Source: Candidatus Micrarchaeia archaeon
GTDB taxonomy: Archaea > Micrarchaeota > Micrarchaeia > Burarchaeales > JAVZCV01
NCBI GenBank assembly: GCA_038874215.1
Contig: JAVZCV010000001.1
Span: 98,427 to 161,995, forward strand
Direction of reading: 5' to 3'
DNA length: 63,569 nt
In this document: in pieces, positions 48,326 to 57,814 of the stretch
Numbering within the stretch: the stretch's first letter is position 1
Layout: each line of letters begins with the position of its first letter
Notes under the pieces: model-generated
Told to the model about the DNA's origin: nothing
Databases searched by the model: none
Seen by the model: the letters and a program-made list of their open reading frames with translations, nothing else
Position numbers and translations under genes: made by a program

Positions 48326-49267
48326 TCAACCAGCGAGGTTTTTTGGATTTGGTTTCGCCACTTGAGGGACTGGAAAAACTGCAATCACGCTGCCCCTTAT
48401 CTGATTTTCTAACCACTCACGTGCAGCCTCTTGTGCTTTTTGAAGATGCAGTTTACCTTGCCTTTCCCCAAACATTTTTGCGATGTCTTCGGCATTCTTT
48501 TTTGCTTCTTCAAGTATCTGGAAGTACTGTGAGTAGTTCCTTCCTAGGTATTCCGCATACTCTGGAAGCTTTGCGCACTCCTCAAAAATGTACATGCCAG
48601 CCCTGACTGCATTATCAACCACATTTTTCCACTCTTCAAAAATCAGCCTGCATCGTTCATTCTCTTCTTTCTTGCGGATGCGGGCATTTATAAAGTTCTT
48701 AATGAGATGCGAAGCAAGATAAACACCAGATACAGCCGATACGCCCACGCCTATCCAGAAACTAGCACTTCCCACCGCATTCGCAGTTTCTATAAGATTT
48801 TTTATTGTCTCTACTATTCCTGTCAGCGTTACCGTTCCGGCAGCGACGAGCATTGCACTTCTCCTAAAATCGGACTCCTTTTTTATCTCCTCATCTCTTG
48901 TCTTAATGTAAGTTGTAAATAGTCTTTGCGAACTTATTAGGGATTCAAGATATGTTATGGCTTTATCAAGTATTTGATAACCGCAAGTGTCTCCGTTCGT
49001 CTTACATTCTTTCCTTCTTGCATACAAGTCTTCAAGTGTATGTTTTCCTATGGCTGCAACGGAATCGTCTGTTGGATCGCATAGTGTTGCAAGGCGAACA
49101 AATGTCAGTGCGGTTTCTTCTGGTGTTAGTGGCGGTTTTCTTGGCTCTTCAACCATTGTATTGCGGGATATAAAATATTTAGGACTTGTAGAATTTCCTC
49201 TTTGCAGCAAACGGGGTCCCCTACCTACAGGCATATGGCGGCTTGCTTCCAATGCAATCGCAGTCAT
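48326..49267 (-). CDS. hypothetical membrane-associated protein
   Basis: 313-aa ORF with two central hydrophobic helices and helical charged flanks. A TATA-like element lies about 28 nt upstream of the ATG. Confidence 0.55.
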   Translation of the reverse strand: MTAIALEASRHMPVGRGPRLLQRGNSTSPKYFISRNTMVEEPRKPPLTPEETALTFVRLATLCDPTDDSVAAIGKHTLEDLYARRKECKTNGDTCGYQILDKAITYLESLISSQRLFTTYIKTRDEEIKKESDFRRSAMLVAAGTVTLTGIVETIKNLIETANAVGSASFWIGVGVSAVSGVYLASHLIKNFINARIRKKEENERCRLIFEEWKNVVDNAVRAGMYIFEECAKLPEYAEYLGRNYSQYFQILEEAKKNAEDIAKMFGERQGKLHLQKAQEAAREWLENQIRGSVIAVFPVPQVAKPNPKNLAG

Positions 49268-49542
49268 ACCCCACCCCCTTGAGCCGCGTTATAAAATAAA
49301 CGTGTATGGGAGCTTTGTAGAAAACGACGAGATCGGTGGGGTCTATAAATAGCCAATCGTTTGAAGCTCAGGAATTTTCTGAACTTTCGCTGAGCTCTGA
49401 TCAGCACGCGGCCATTTAAAGACTGTCGGGACACGACCTATGCCCCCTCATCCAAGAGAGATATACAATGAAGTTGTATATTAAGGCAATAGTTTCTAAT
49501 GGAGGAGTAAGTAAAAGAAGATAAATTAGACATATGACGAAA

Positions 49543-49818
49543 TCATTTCTTTTTCTCTTTAGGTGTAGACTGGGGAGTAGTCTCAGAAGCATGGTGCTGT
49601 AGCAGTACTATTGTTGATACACTTATAAGACCTCCAGAAACGAATGTAAGTAGGAAGGCGAGTACGCCTATCGTGTAGAATTCGCCGATTTTGAAGCTGT
49701 TCCATATTTCGTCGGGTACATTGCTTTCTATCGCATTATAAATGAAGTTGAAGATTGCTGCAGCAACAACGAGCATCAAAACCCCAACAACGAAAGCCAC
49801 GTAGTATGTTTTGTCCAT
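49543..49818 (-). CDS. small membrane protein
   Basis: 91 aa with two clear TM helices and a basic C-terminal tail. Confidence 0.55.
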   Translation of the reverse strand: MDKTYYVAFVVGVLMLVVAAAIFNFIYNAIESNVPDEIWNSFKIGEFYTIGVLAFLLTFVSGGLISVSTIVLLQHHASETTPQSTPKEKKK

Positions 49819-49868
49819 GGTGTAATTTTTTTGATTAACTCTTTATAAATTTATCGGCAACGCATGCT

Positions 49869-50078
49869 CTATGCCTTAAAGACAAGGGTGAAATCAGCAT
49901 TCTCTAAATCGGTGCCTTTTGAAAATTCTTTTAGAAAGCCCAGAATAGCTTTTGGGTCCGTCTCATAAAAATCAGCATCAGCTTTTATAGTTATCTCTAT
50001 TTTTGAGCCACGCTCTGTGGTTTTGCTATTAAGCAACTTTTCAATTATATCCCTTGCTATGAGCATCTCGTGGCTCAT
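49869..50078 (-). CDS. hypothetical small protein
   Basis: 69-aa ORF divergent from pyrF; no motif. Confidence 0.4.
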   Translation of the reverse strand: MSHEMLIARDIIEKLLNSKTTERGSKIEITIKADADFYETDPKAILGFLKEFSKGTDLENADFTLVFKA

Positions 50079-50129
50079 GTAGTTAGGTATGATGCCGTCT
50101 TTATATATTTTTCGAGTTAGAGTATATTG

Positions 50130-50939
50130 ATGTCGGTTATACTTGAGAAGTACATAAATTTTAGAGAAGAAAAAGGGAGCATACTCTGCCTTGGGCTTGA
50201 TCCTGCAACCCCCGAGATGGGTGGGGGCATGCCTGAGAGCTATTTTGATACACTTTCAGATTCTGATGCGATTGCACGCTTCTGCCTTGACATCATTGAT
50301 GAGACGGCAGATTCGTGCTGTGCAGTAAAGATGAATGCACAGTACACGTTCCCTCTTCTCCCAGAACATTATGAGAGCATAAACAAAAGTGCGCATGAGA
50401 AAGGCATGCTCTCTATTCTTGATGTAAAGCTTGGCGACATAGGCTCAAGCAACGACGCCCTTTTATTCTGGGCAAAGAAAGTTGATTTTGATGCGATAAC
50501 GTTTTCCCCCTTTGCGGGGAATATAAAAGAAACGGTGAAGAAGGCGCATTTATTCGGAATCGGGGTTTTCGTGCTCACGCTCATGAGCAACCCCGAGGCA
50601 GTTTATTTCATGCGAGAGGCGAGAATAGAAGGAAAAAAAGGGTATGAGTGGATTGCGGAGCAGGCCGGCCTTTGTAGCGCAGATGGAGTGGTCGTTGGTG
50701 CGACAAATACAACAGAAGATGAATTTGCGGAAATAAGAGAGCTCGTTGGAGAAAATTGCATAATCCTCGTTCCAGGCGTCGGCGCACAGGGAGGGGATGC
50801 AGAGAGGGCAATAAAATTCGGCGGCGAGAACATCATGATAAACGTGGGGCGCGCGATAATATACGATAAATCGCCCGCAGAGGCTGCTGAGAAGTATAAG
50901 AATAATTTTAACAGAATAAGGTGGGGCATTGAAAAATGA
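50130..50939 (+). CDS. pyrF: orotidine 5'-phosphate decarboxylase
   Basis: ILCLGLDP and DVKLGDIGSSN motifs. ATG at 50130; the track's TTG at 50127 is an alternative. Confidence 0.88.
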   Translation: MSVILEKYINFREEKGSILCLGLDPATPEMGGGMPESYFDTLSDSDAIARFCLDIIDETADSCCAVKMNAQYTFPLLPEHYESINKSAHEKGMLSILDVKLGDIGSSNDALLFWAKKVDFDAITFSPFAGNIKETVKKAHLFGIGVFVLTLMSNPEAVYFMREARIEGKKGYEWIAEQAGLCSADGVVVGATNTTEDEFAEIRELVGENCIILVPGVGAQGGDAERAIKFGGENIMINVGRAIIYDKSPAEAAEKYKNNFNRIRWGIEK

Positions 50940-50946
50940 GCAGGAG

Positions 50947-51648
50947 ATGAAAGAGAAATTTTTGGATATGCTACTTAAAAAGGGTGCGTTGAGAATAGCA
51001 AAAAGCACTGGTGAGCTTTTCAAATTCAAGAGCGGGAGGCTCTCGCCGAACTTCATAAACATGGGCGCGCTGACGGACGGCGAATCCCTTGCACTACTGA
51101 AGAGGGCATATGCATTTCGGATAAAGAGCCTTCTTGAAAATGGGGGTTTGGAAACGTTTGATTTCGTGTTCGGGCCTGCGTATAAAGGGATACCCTTGGC
51201 ATGCCTTACATGCGAGGGGCTTTACGAGCTTGGCTTTGAAGTGCGCTACATGTATGATAGAAAAGAGGAGAAGGCATACGGGGATGTATCGTATGATAAG
51301 GTAATAGTCGGTGCTGGCTACTACAAAAAAGGGCAGAGAATACTCGTTGTTGATGATGTGATAACTACTGGCGCAACGAAGATTGACTCTCTTGAAAAGC
51401 TGAAGCTTCTTGAAGATGCGCGCATCGCAGGGATGCTCGTTGCAGTTGACAGGCAGGAACTTCTTGGAGATGCTGAAAATGTCGGGAAGACATCCGCATC
51501 GGACGAAATCCGCAGGCTTGGCATACCTTTCTTCTCAATAGTTAACATGCAGGATATATTCGCACACGTTGAAAAAAGCCTTCCCCCAGATATAAGGAAA
51601 TGCTGGGTTGACTATTACGAGAGATACGGGGCGGTGAAGCTCGTATAG
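50947..51648 (+). CDS. pyrE: orotate phosphoribosyltransferase
   Basis: PRPP-binding ILVVDDVITTGATK, FKFKSGRLSPNFINMG. ATG at 50947; the track's TTG at 50929 overlaps pyrF. Confidence 0.9.
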   Translation: MKEKFLDMLLKKGALRIAKSTGELFKFKSGRLSPNFINMGALTDGESLALLKRAYAFRIKSLLENGGLETFDFVFGPAYKGIPLACLTCEGLYELGFEVRYMYDRKEEKAYGDVSYDKVIVGAGYYKKGQRILVVDDVITTGATKIDSLEKLKLLEDARIAGMLVAVDRQELLGDAENVGKTSASDEIRRLGIPFFSIVNMQDIFAHVEKSLPPDIRKCWVDYYERYGAVKLV

Positions 51649-51656
51649 GTGGTTTT

Positions 51657-52571
51657 TTGCTTGAGACCAGCCTTTGCGGAATAAGAATGAAAAACCCCAC
51701 GATGCTCGCTTCGGGGATTCTTGGCTTAACGGGGGCGAGCATAGAGAGGGTTGCGCAAGGAGGAGCTGGGGCGGCTGTAACGAAATGCTTGGGCAAGGAG
51801 CAGAGAGTTGGTTTCAGGAACCCGACGGTAATAGCCTATGAACATTATGTAATGAATGCGATGGGAATGTGCAACCCAGGTATTGAGAATTACAAAGAGG
51901 AGCTTGGGATGGCGAAGAAGTCGGGCATACCAATTATAGCAAATGTTTTTGGAGGAACGCCCGAGGAGTTTGCATACGTAGCATCAAGGGCTGAAGAATA
52001 CGGCGCCGATGGCGTTGAGCTTAACGTCTCATGCCCGAATGTAATTGAGGGGGAGAAGCTTGGCATGGTGATAGGAAAAGATGCTGCGCTCGTTGAGAAT
52101 GTTGTATCGGCGGTAAAGAGTAGAATTAAAGTGCCAGTTTTCGTTAAGCTCACGCCGAATGTGAGCAGCATAGAGGAAATAGCGCTCGCGGCTGAGAGGG
52201 GAGGCGCTGATGGGATAACTGCGATAAATACGCTTGGGCCTGGGCTTGCAATAAACATAGAGGCGAGAAAGCCAATTCTCGGGAATAAATTCGGTGGTGT
52301 GAGCGGTCCAGCGATAAAGCCGATTGCGCTCGCATGCGTTTACAAAATTTATGAGAAGGTGAGCATACCGATTATAGGCGTCGGCGGGATAACTACGGGC
52401 AGGGATGCGATTGAGATGATGATGGCGGGAGCGAGAGTTGTTCAGGTAGGAAGTGCCGTTTATGTGCGGGGGCTGAATGTTTTCTCAAAGATATGCAAAG
52501 AAATTGAAGGATGGCTTTCTGCAAATGGGTATAGAAGCATTGAAGAGATTGTCGGTGTTGCGCATGAGTAA
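51657..52571 (+). CDS. pyrD: dihydroorotate dehydrogenase, catalytic subunit (class 1B)
   Basis: NPTMLASG, GADGVELNVSCPN, GGVSGPAIKPIAL. TTG start. Confidence 0.93.
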   Translation: MLETSLCGIRMKNPTMLASGILGLTGASIERVAQGGAGAAVTKCLGKEQRVGFRNPTVIAYEHYVMNAMGMCNPGIENYKEELGMAKKSGIPIIANVFGGTPEEFAYVASRAEEYGADGVELNVSCPNVIEGEKLGMVIGKDAALVENVVSAVKSRIKVPVFVKLTPNVSSIEEIALAAERGGADGITAINTLGPGLAINIEARKPILGNKFGGVSGPAIKPIALACVYKIYEKVSIPIIGVGGITTGRDAIEMMMAGARVVQVGSAVYVRGLNVFSKICKEIEGWLSANGYRSIEEIVGVAHE

Positions 52572-53331
52572 GGTTCCGAGCTCATTTCCAGAAATGGTAA
52601 GGATAACGAAGGCTTTTGAAGAGGGAACGAGAGTGAAGACATTCGTTGTTGAGAAGAGCATTAAGGCCGAGCCAGGCCAGCTTATACTTGTCTGGCTGCC
52701 TGGAATTGATGAGAAGCCCTTTGGTATTTCAAACCCTTCTCCTCTCCAGTTTTCTGTTGCGAAGGTTGGGCCTTTCTCATCGGCATTGCATGCTCTTAAA
52801 GAAGGGGATTGGGTAGGTGTGCGCGGCCCGATTGGCAGGGGGTTCAGGCTCTATAAGGGGAGGATACTGATTGTTGCGGGCGGCTATGGGCTTGCTCCGC
52901 TTCGCTTTCTGGTGAAGAGAGCAAGGGAGGAAGGAGTAGAGTATGACCTGATTGCATGCGCAAAAACCGCAAGTGAGCTTATGGATGTGGGCGATGCGCT
53001 CATTGCAACAGACGACGGAAGCAGGGGGAAAAAGGCGCTCGCAACAGAATATGCGGCTGAACTGATTGGCAAAAACCAATATGAATGCGTTTATGCATGC
53101 GGGCCTGAAAAGATGCTTCGCGTAATAGCGGAAATGTGCGCATCGCGCGGGATAAGATGCCAGGTTCTAATTGAGAGATATATAAAGTGCGGCATTGGGA
53201 TATGCGACAGCTGCGCTATTTCTGGACTTCGCGTCTGCAAGGATGGGCCTGTCTTTGATGGGGAAAAACTTTTGAAAACTGAGTTTGGAAGAATTAAGCG
53301 TGATGCTTCTGGGAAAATAATACCCGTGTGA
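52564..53331 (+). CDS. pyrK: dihydroorotate dehydrogenase electron-transfer subunit
   Basis: FAD/NAD-binding fold and C-terminal 2Fe-2S motif CGIGICDSCAISGLRVCKDG. The ATG at 52564 overlaps the pyrD stop by 8 nt (ATGAGTAA). Confidence 0.88.
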   Translation: MSKVPSSFPEMVRITKAFEEGTRVKTFVVEKSIKAEPGQLILVWLPGIDEKPFGISNPSPLQFSVAKVGPFSSALHALKEGDWVGVRGPIGRGFRLYKGRILIVAGGYGLAPLRFLVKRAREEGVEYDLIACAKTASELMDVGDALIATDDGSRGKKALATEYAAELIGKNQYECVYACGPEKMLRVIAEMCASRGIRCQVLIERYIKCGIGICDSCAISGLRVCKDGPVFDGEKLLKTEFGRIKRDASGKIIPV

Positions 53332-53340
53332 GGTGGTGGC

Positions 53341-53856
53341 ATGGATTTCTTTGAGCTGGTTGAAAAGCGCAGGTCTGTGCGCTCTTTTACAGATGCTGAT
53401 GTTGAGGAGGAGAAGCTGCAAAAGATAATAGATGCGGCAATCGCATCTCCCTCTGCGGGCAACCTGCAGGCATACAAAATATTCGTTGTAAGAGACAAGG
53501 AGAGGAGGAGGCTTCTCTCAGAGGCTGCGCTTTCTCAGGAGTTCATAAATGAGGCGCCCGTCTCCCTCGTCTTCTTTGCTGATAAGGCACGCTCTGCATC
53601 GCGCTATGGTGCGAGAGGTGCTTCTCTCTATGCAGTGCAGGATGCGACGATAGCATGCACGTTCGCAATGCTCGCCGCAACAGAGCTCGGGCTTGGAAGC
53701 GTCTGGGTTGGCGCTTTTGATGACAGCGAGGTTTCTCGCGTGTGCGGGGCTGAAAAGGACCTCGTGCCCGTTGCGATACTTCCAATAGGCTACCCATCAG
53801 AAACGCCGAGAAAAACTTTGAGGGCAGGCAGGGAGAGGCTTGTAAAAACTCTTTGA
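53341..53856 (+). CDS. nitroreductase family protein
   Basis: KRRSVRSF...ASPSAGNLQ...ILPIGYPSE, the typical FMN-dependent nitroreductase pattern. Confidence 0.85.
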   Translation: MDFFELVEKRRSVRSFTDADVEEEKLQKIIDAAIASPSAGNLQAYKIFVVRDKERRRLLSEAALSQEFINEAPVSLVFFADKARSASRYGARGASLYAVQDATIACTFAMLAATELGLGSVWVGAFDDSEVSRVCGAEKDLVPVAILPIGYPSETPRKTLRAGRERLVKTL

Positions 53857-53875
53857 GATTGAGGAAGTGAAGCTG

Positions 53876-55174
53876 ATGATAATTAAAAACGGCTATGTTG
53901 TTTTTGATGAGGAAGTAGTTCGCACGGACATAAAAATAGATGGGGAGCGCATAGCGGGCTTGGGGAGGTTTGAGGCTCCCCCAGAGGAGACCATTGAAGC
54001 AAGCGGGATGTATGTTTTCCCAGGCTTGATTGATGCGCACGTGCATTTCAGGGAGCCAGGCTTAACGCATAAAGAGGATTTTCTTACAGGAACGCGCGCT
54101 GCCCTCTCGGGCGGTGTCACTACGATTTTGGACATGCCGAACACAAAACCGCCAACAACGACTGCACGGCTGATGCGCGAGAAAAGGATGGAAGCAAAAG
54201 GGAAGGCGCTTTGCGATTTCGGCCTGCACATGGGCGCAACGAACAGCAATTTTGAAGAGGTTAAAAACGCAGACCCTCTCTCTTTGAAAATATTCATGGG
54301 CTCAACAACAGGAGATTTGCTCGTAAGCGATTACATCACATTCACAAGGCATTTTGCACTCTTTAAAGCAAATAGGCCGATATGCGTGCATGCAGAAGAT
54401 GAGAAGATGCTTGAGAAATTCAGGGAGAAGAAGGCACGCTATTGGAATGCTGTGAGGCCGCCGGTATGCGAGCATTTCGCAATAGGCAGGGCGCTAAGGG
54501 CTGCTGAAAATGCCATGAAGCGAGTACATGTATGCCACATAACAACGCCAGAGAGCGTTGAGATGGTTGCAAGTGCGAAAAACCGAGGAGTGAGGGCAAC
54601 ATGCGAGGTTACGCCGCACCACCTTCTTCTCAACGAATGTGATGAGGAGAAGCTCGGGGGGCTCGGAAGGGTAAATCCCCCTCTTCGCTCACGCTCTGAG
54701 CAGGCGAAGCTCTGGGGAATGATGCACAAAATTGACCTGATAGCATCAGACCACGCTCCCCACACGCTTGATGAGAAGGAGAGCGATGAGCCTCCATCTG
54801 GCATGCCTGGCGTTGAAACGCTTTTCCCCCTCATGCTTGACTCAATGGGAAAGGGAAGGATAACTCCGAGCAGGCTCATGGTGATGACAGCGAAGAACCC
54901 TGCAAGGATTTTCGGGATACCGATGAAGGGCGAGATAAGGCCTCACTACTACGCCGACCTCGTGCTCGTTGACATGAACGAGCGCTACACTATAAAAAGT
55001 GAGAGTCTCTTCACGAAGTGCGGATGGAGCCCTTTTGAGGGAAGGCAGGTTAGGGGGAGAATAAAGAAGGTTTTCCTGCGTGGCGAGCTCGTTTTTGACG
55101 GGGAGCAAGTAATAGCAAAACCTGGGGTTGGGAAGACTGTTGAGGAACTGTGGGCAAGAGAGGACGAAGAGTAG
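53876..55174 (+). CDS. pyrC: dihydroorotase
   Basis: DAHVHFREPG (HxH), SDHAPH. ATG at 53876 preceded by GAGG; a GTG at 53867 is an alternative. Confidence 0.92.
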   Translation: MIIKNGYVVFDEEVVRTDIKIDGERIAGLGRFEAPPEETIEASGMYVFPGLIDAHVHFREPGLTHKEDFLTGTRAALSGGVTTILDMPNTKPPTTTARLMREKRMEAKGKALCDFGLHMGATNSNFEEVKNADPLSLKIFMGSTTGDLLVSDYITFTRHFALFKANRPICVHAEDEKMLEKFREKKARYWNAVRPPVCEHFAIGRALRAAENAMKRVHVCHITTPESVEMVASAKNRGVRATCEVTPHHLLLNECDEEKLGGLGRVNPPLRSRSEQAKLWGMMHKIDLIASDHAPHTLDEKESDEPPSGMPGVETLFPLMLDSMGKGRITPSRLMVMTAKNPARIFGIPMKGEIRPHYYADLVLVDMNERYTIKSESLFTKCGWSPFEGRQVRGRIKKVFLRGELVFDGEQVIAKPGVGKTVEELWAREDEE

Positions 55175-55198
55175 CGCTCTATCGGTGATTATCTGATA

Positions 55199-56092
55199 GT
55201 GGTAGAAAAACTTACTAAGAAATTCGGCGACTTCACTGCTGTTGAGGATATCTCATTCACTGTGAATGATGGAGAAGTTTTTGGGATAGTTGGGCCCAAC
55301 GGGGCTGGGAAAAGCACGATAGTCAAGATGCTCAGCACGATACTTGAACCTACGAGTGGAAGCGCTACGATAAACGGCCTTGATATAAGAAGAGATGCCC
55401 AGAAAATACGCTCAATAATAGGCTATCTCCCAGAAGAACCTCGTACATACGATTACATGACTGGCTACGAATTCCTTGAGCTTTTCGCTGAGATGTATGG
55501 GGTTGAGAAAACACGCATACCAGAACTGATGGAGTTTGTCGGGTTAGACGAGCACATGGACAGGAAAGTGGGTGATTACTCAAAAGGCCTGCGGCAGAGG
55601 CTCTCGGTAGCGAGAGCTTTAATAAACGACCCTTCAATTCTCATATTTGATGAGCCGACGATGGGCCTTGACCCAGCATCTGCGAGAGAGCTACGCGATA
55701 AAGTTCTTGAAATGCGAAAGCAGGGAAAGACGATAGTGATGTGCACGCATTACATGGATGAGGCAGACTTTCTTTGCGACAGGCTTGCAATCCTCAACCA
55801 CGGAAGGATAGCGGCGGTGGGAAAACCAGAGGTTCTCAAACAGTCTCTCTCGCCTAAGCGCATTCTCTCCGTTGTTGTTGAATCAAAGGAGAGGGAATTT
55901 GCTGATGCGCTCGGGGCAAAAACTCTCGGGAGAAACATCCTCATTGAGAGGGATGACCTTGGGAGTGCGATGGTTGAAGCGGAGAATACTGCGCGCTCGC
56001 TAAATACGAGAATTCTCTCTGCTAAAAGCATAGAGCCGACGCTTGATGATGTTTTCATAGCGGTAACAAAGGAGAAGCTTGAGGAACGATAG
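55199..56092 (+). CDS. ABC transporter ATP-binding protein (ABC-2 type)
   Basis: Walker A GPNGAGKST, signature YSKGLRQRL, Walker B ILIFDEPT. GTG start. Confidence 0.9.
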   Translation: MVEKLTKKFGDFTAVEDISFTVNDGEVFGIVGPNGAGKSTIVKMLSTILEPTSGSATINGLDIRRDAQKIRSIIGYLPEEPRTYDYMTGYEFLELFAEMYGVEKTRIPELMEFVGLDEHMDRKVGDYSKGLRQRLSVARALINDPSILIFDEPTMGLDPASARELRDKVLEMRKQGKTIVMCTHYMDEADFLCDRLAILNHGRIAAVGKPEVLKQSLSPKRILSVVVESKEREFADALGAKTLGRNILIERDDLGSAMVEAENTARSLNTRILSAKSIEPTLDDVFIAVTKEKLEER

Positions 56093-56161
56093 AGCAAATT
56101 TTTCAAAAAATGCGCCAAAATTTTTCGTCATCTGCCGACGAATTTTTTTCTTTTCCATAGG

Positions 56162-56169
56162 TTTAAATA
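56162..56169 (+). promoter_or_regulatory. TATA-box candidate
   Basis: TTTAAATA about 35-40 nt upstream of the ATG at 56203. Confidence 0.35.
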
Positions 56170-56202
56170 CCCCAAAATGCACTTTTATTATCAGGTGGGG
56201 AT

Positions 56203-56490
56203 ATGGCGATGGCACAGGTTGAAAGGCCACGTTACGAAGAGAAAAAGCATGAGCAGGCGGCCGTTGTGAAAGAGATGAAGAAGGAGGCACCCGCACCGCA
56301 AGCAGAGACGATAGTGAAAGTGGATATGTACAAGCGAGACGCACGCAGGCTGATTGAAAACGCCCCGAATGAGGAGACAAGAAGGAAGGTTGAAGAGATG
56401 CTTAATAAGCTTGACAGGATACTGATGGCACGAGGGACAGACGAGAGCAAAAAAGCCCATGAGGCGATAATGGCGGTGGCTCATGCATGA
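56203..56490 (+). CDS. hypothetical small charged protein
   Basis: 95-aa ORF, helical and K/E-rich. Its stop overlaps the next start (ATGA). Confidence 0.5.
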   Translation: MAMAQVERPRYEEKKHEQAAVVKEMKKEAPAPQAETIVKVDMYKRDARRLIENAPNEETRRKVEEMLNKLDRILMARGTDESKKAHEAIMAVAHA

Positions 56491-56741
56491 TGAAGGTGGA
56501 TGAGATGGCTTCCGAAAGTCTGCTAAAAAAGATTCTTCAGTACGGCAATCCCTATTCTGAATATTACAAGAACGTTGAGGAATTGCTTGAGCTTATGGAC
56601 AACATGAAGCCCGAGGAATGGAAATACCTTCGGGAGATGGCTGAAAAGGGGAATATAATGGCGATATACCTGCTCTCATTCTACGAGGCGAGGAGAGGGG
56701 AGCAGAGCAAAGAGGAGGAAGGAACGCTTTTTATTCTCTAA
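56487..56741 (+). CDS. hypothetical small protein
   Basis: 84-aa ORF translationally coupled to the preceding gene. Confidence 0.45.
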   Translation: MMKVDEMASESLLKKILQYGNPYSEYYKNVEELLELMDNMKPEEWKYLREMAEKGNIMAIYLLSFYEARRGEQSKEEEGTLFIL

Positions 56742-56747
56742 CCCCAC

Positions 56748-57809
56748 CTAATACACGATTTCTTTCAGCTTTCCCATTTCCATTGCGTTCTTTATTTCTC
56801 GCGCTATTCTTCTTCCAGTGCTCATCGGCTCATCAAATAAATAAACAGAGTATGGCGAGCCGTCTGGGAAAAGATTAGTGCCCGCAACTATGCGGGCGCT
56901 TATCTCAAACACATAGAACCTGAAATCCTCATCGCATATCATCTCTATGCAGAATGGCCCCGGTATCCCTCCCATCAGCCTATCGGCAGCTTCTACAACG
57001 CGCCTGCCCATCTCCATCATCTCTGGAAGCAGGCTCTCCCTTACTGCAACGGGCGCATTCCCCACAACTCCGAAAGAAGGCTCTACTATTACTCCTGCGC
57101 TCATCGCCCTGTGTATATCCTCCACATTCGTCTCAATCCTCCTGTCTATTGATAGAAGCTCAATTGAGCCCTTTGAAGCGGGGTATGCGTCTTTTGAGAG
57201 GGGTGTGTAGAAGTAGTGAGGGTAGAAGCGCGTTCCCACTATGTACTCCTGTATCATCGCCCCTTCCGTGCTTTTTCCTTTCGTTTTTGCAAGAAAGTCC
57301 TCATAGCTGCTCACAACGATATAACCCTTTCCGCCCTTCGCACCTCCGAATTTCACGAGGCAGGGGCGGTCTATTTCCTCTGGCTTGAATATTTTTGGCA
57401 CGCGGAGTTTTGCCTCCCTCATCCACTCAAACATCTTTTCTCTGCTCCTCTCCCACATCAGGACTCGCCTGTTTCCGAATATCGGTATCTCAAGCTCCTC
57501 AAGATTTTTCACATACTCTATAAGCGAGCCGTGCGGAATTAGAATTGCGTTTTTCTCAACGAGCTCGCCAACAACATCGGGAAGGTCTGAGAATTCCTTC
57601 ATGCATATCAGCTCATCGGGCTTCGCAAGCCTGAAAGAGCGGTAAACCTCAAGCTTTCTCGGTATTGAAATCCCTATCGTCTTTATTCCTTCTCTCCTTG
57701 CCCCGTGGAAAATTTGGAGAGCGCTGTGCGAGCATATCGTCGCTATTTTTGGCTCCTCATACTCTTCAAGAATTTTGTGAATCCTTTCCCTCGCTATCAA
57801 CACAATCAC
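56748..57809 (-). CDS. purP: 5-formaminoimidazole-4-carboxamide ribonucleotide (FAICAR) synthetase PurP, paralog 2
   Basis: ATP-grasp PurP pattern (IATICSHSALQIFHGARREG, IPIFGNR, STGRRIA). Start placed at the GTG at 57809, 5 nt after the upstream stop; the track's ATG at 57905 would overlap the upstream gene by 91 nt. Confidence 0.85.
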   Translation of the reverse strand: MIVLIARERIHKILEEYEEPKIATICSHSALQIFHGARREGIKTIGISIPRKLEVYRSFRLAKPDELICMKEFSDLPDVVGELVEKNAILIPHGSLIEYVKNLEELEIPIFGNRRVLMWERSREKMFEWMREAKLRVPKIFKPEEIDRPCLVKFGGAKGGKGYIVVSSYEDFLAKTKGKSTEGAMIQEYIVGTRFYPHYFYTPLSKDAYPASKGSIELLSIDRRIETNVEDIHRAMSAGVIVEPSFGVVGNAPVAVRESLLPEMMEMGRRVVEAADRLMGGIPGPFCIEMICDEDFRFYVFEISARIVAGTNLFPDGSPYSVYLFDEPMSTGRRIAREIKNAMEMGKLKEIVY

Positions 57810-57814
57810 CCAAA

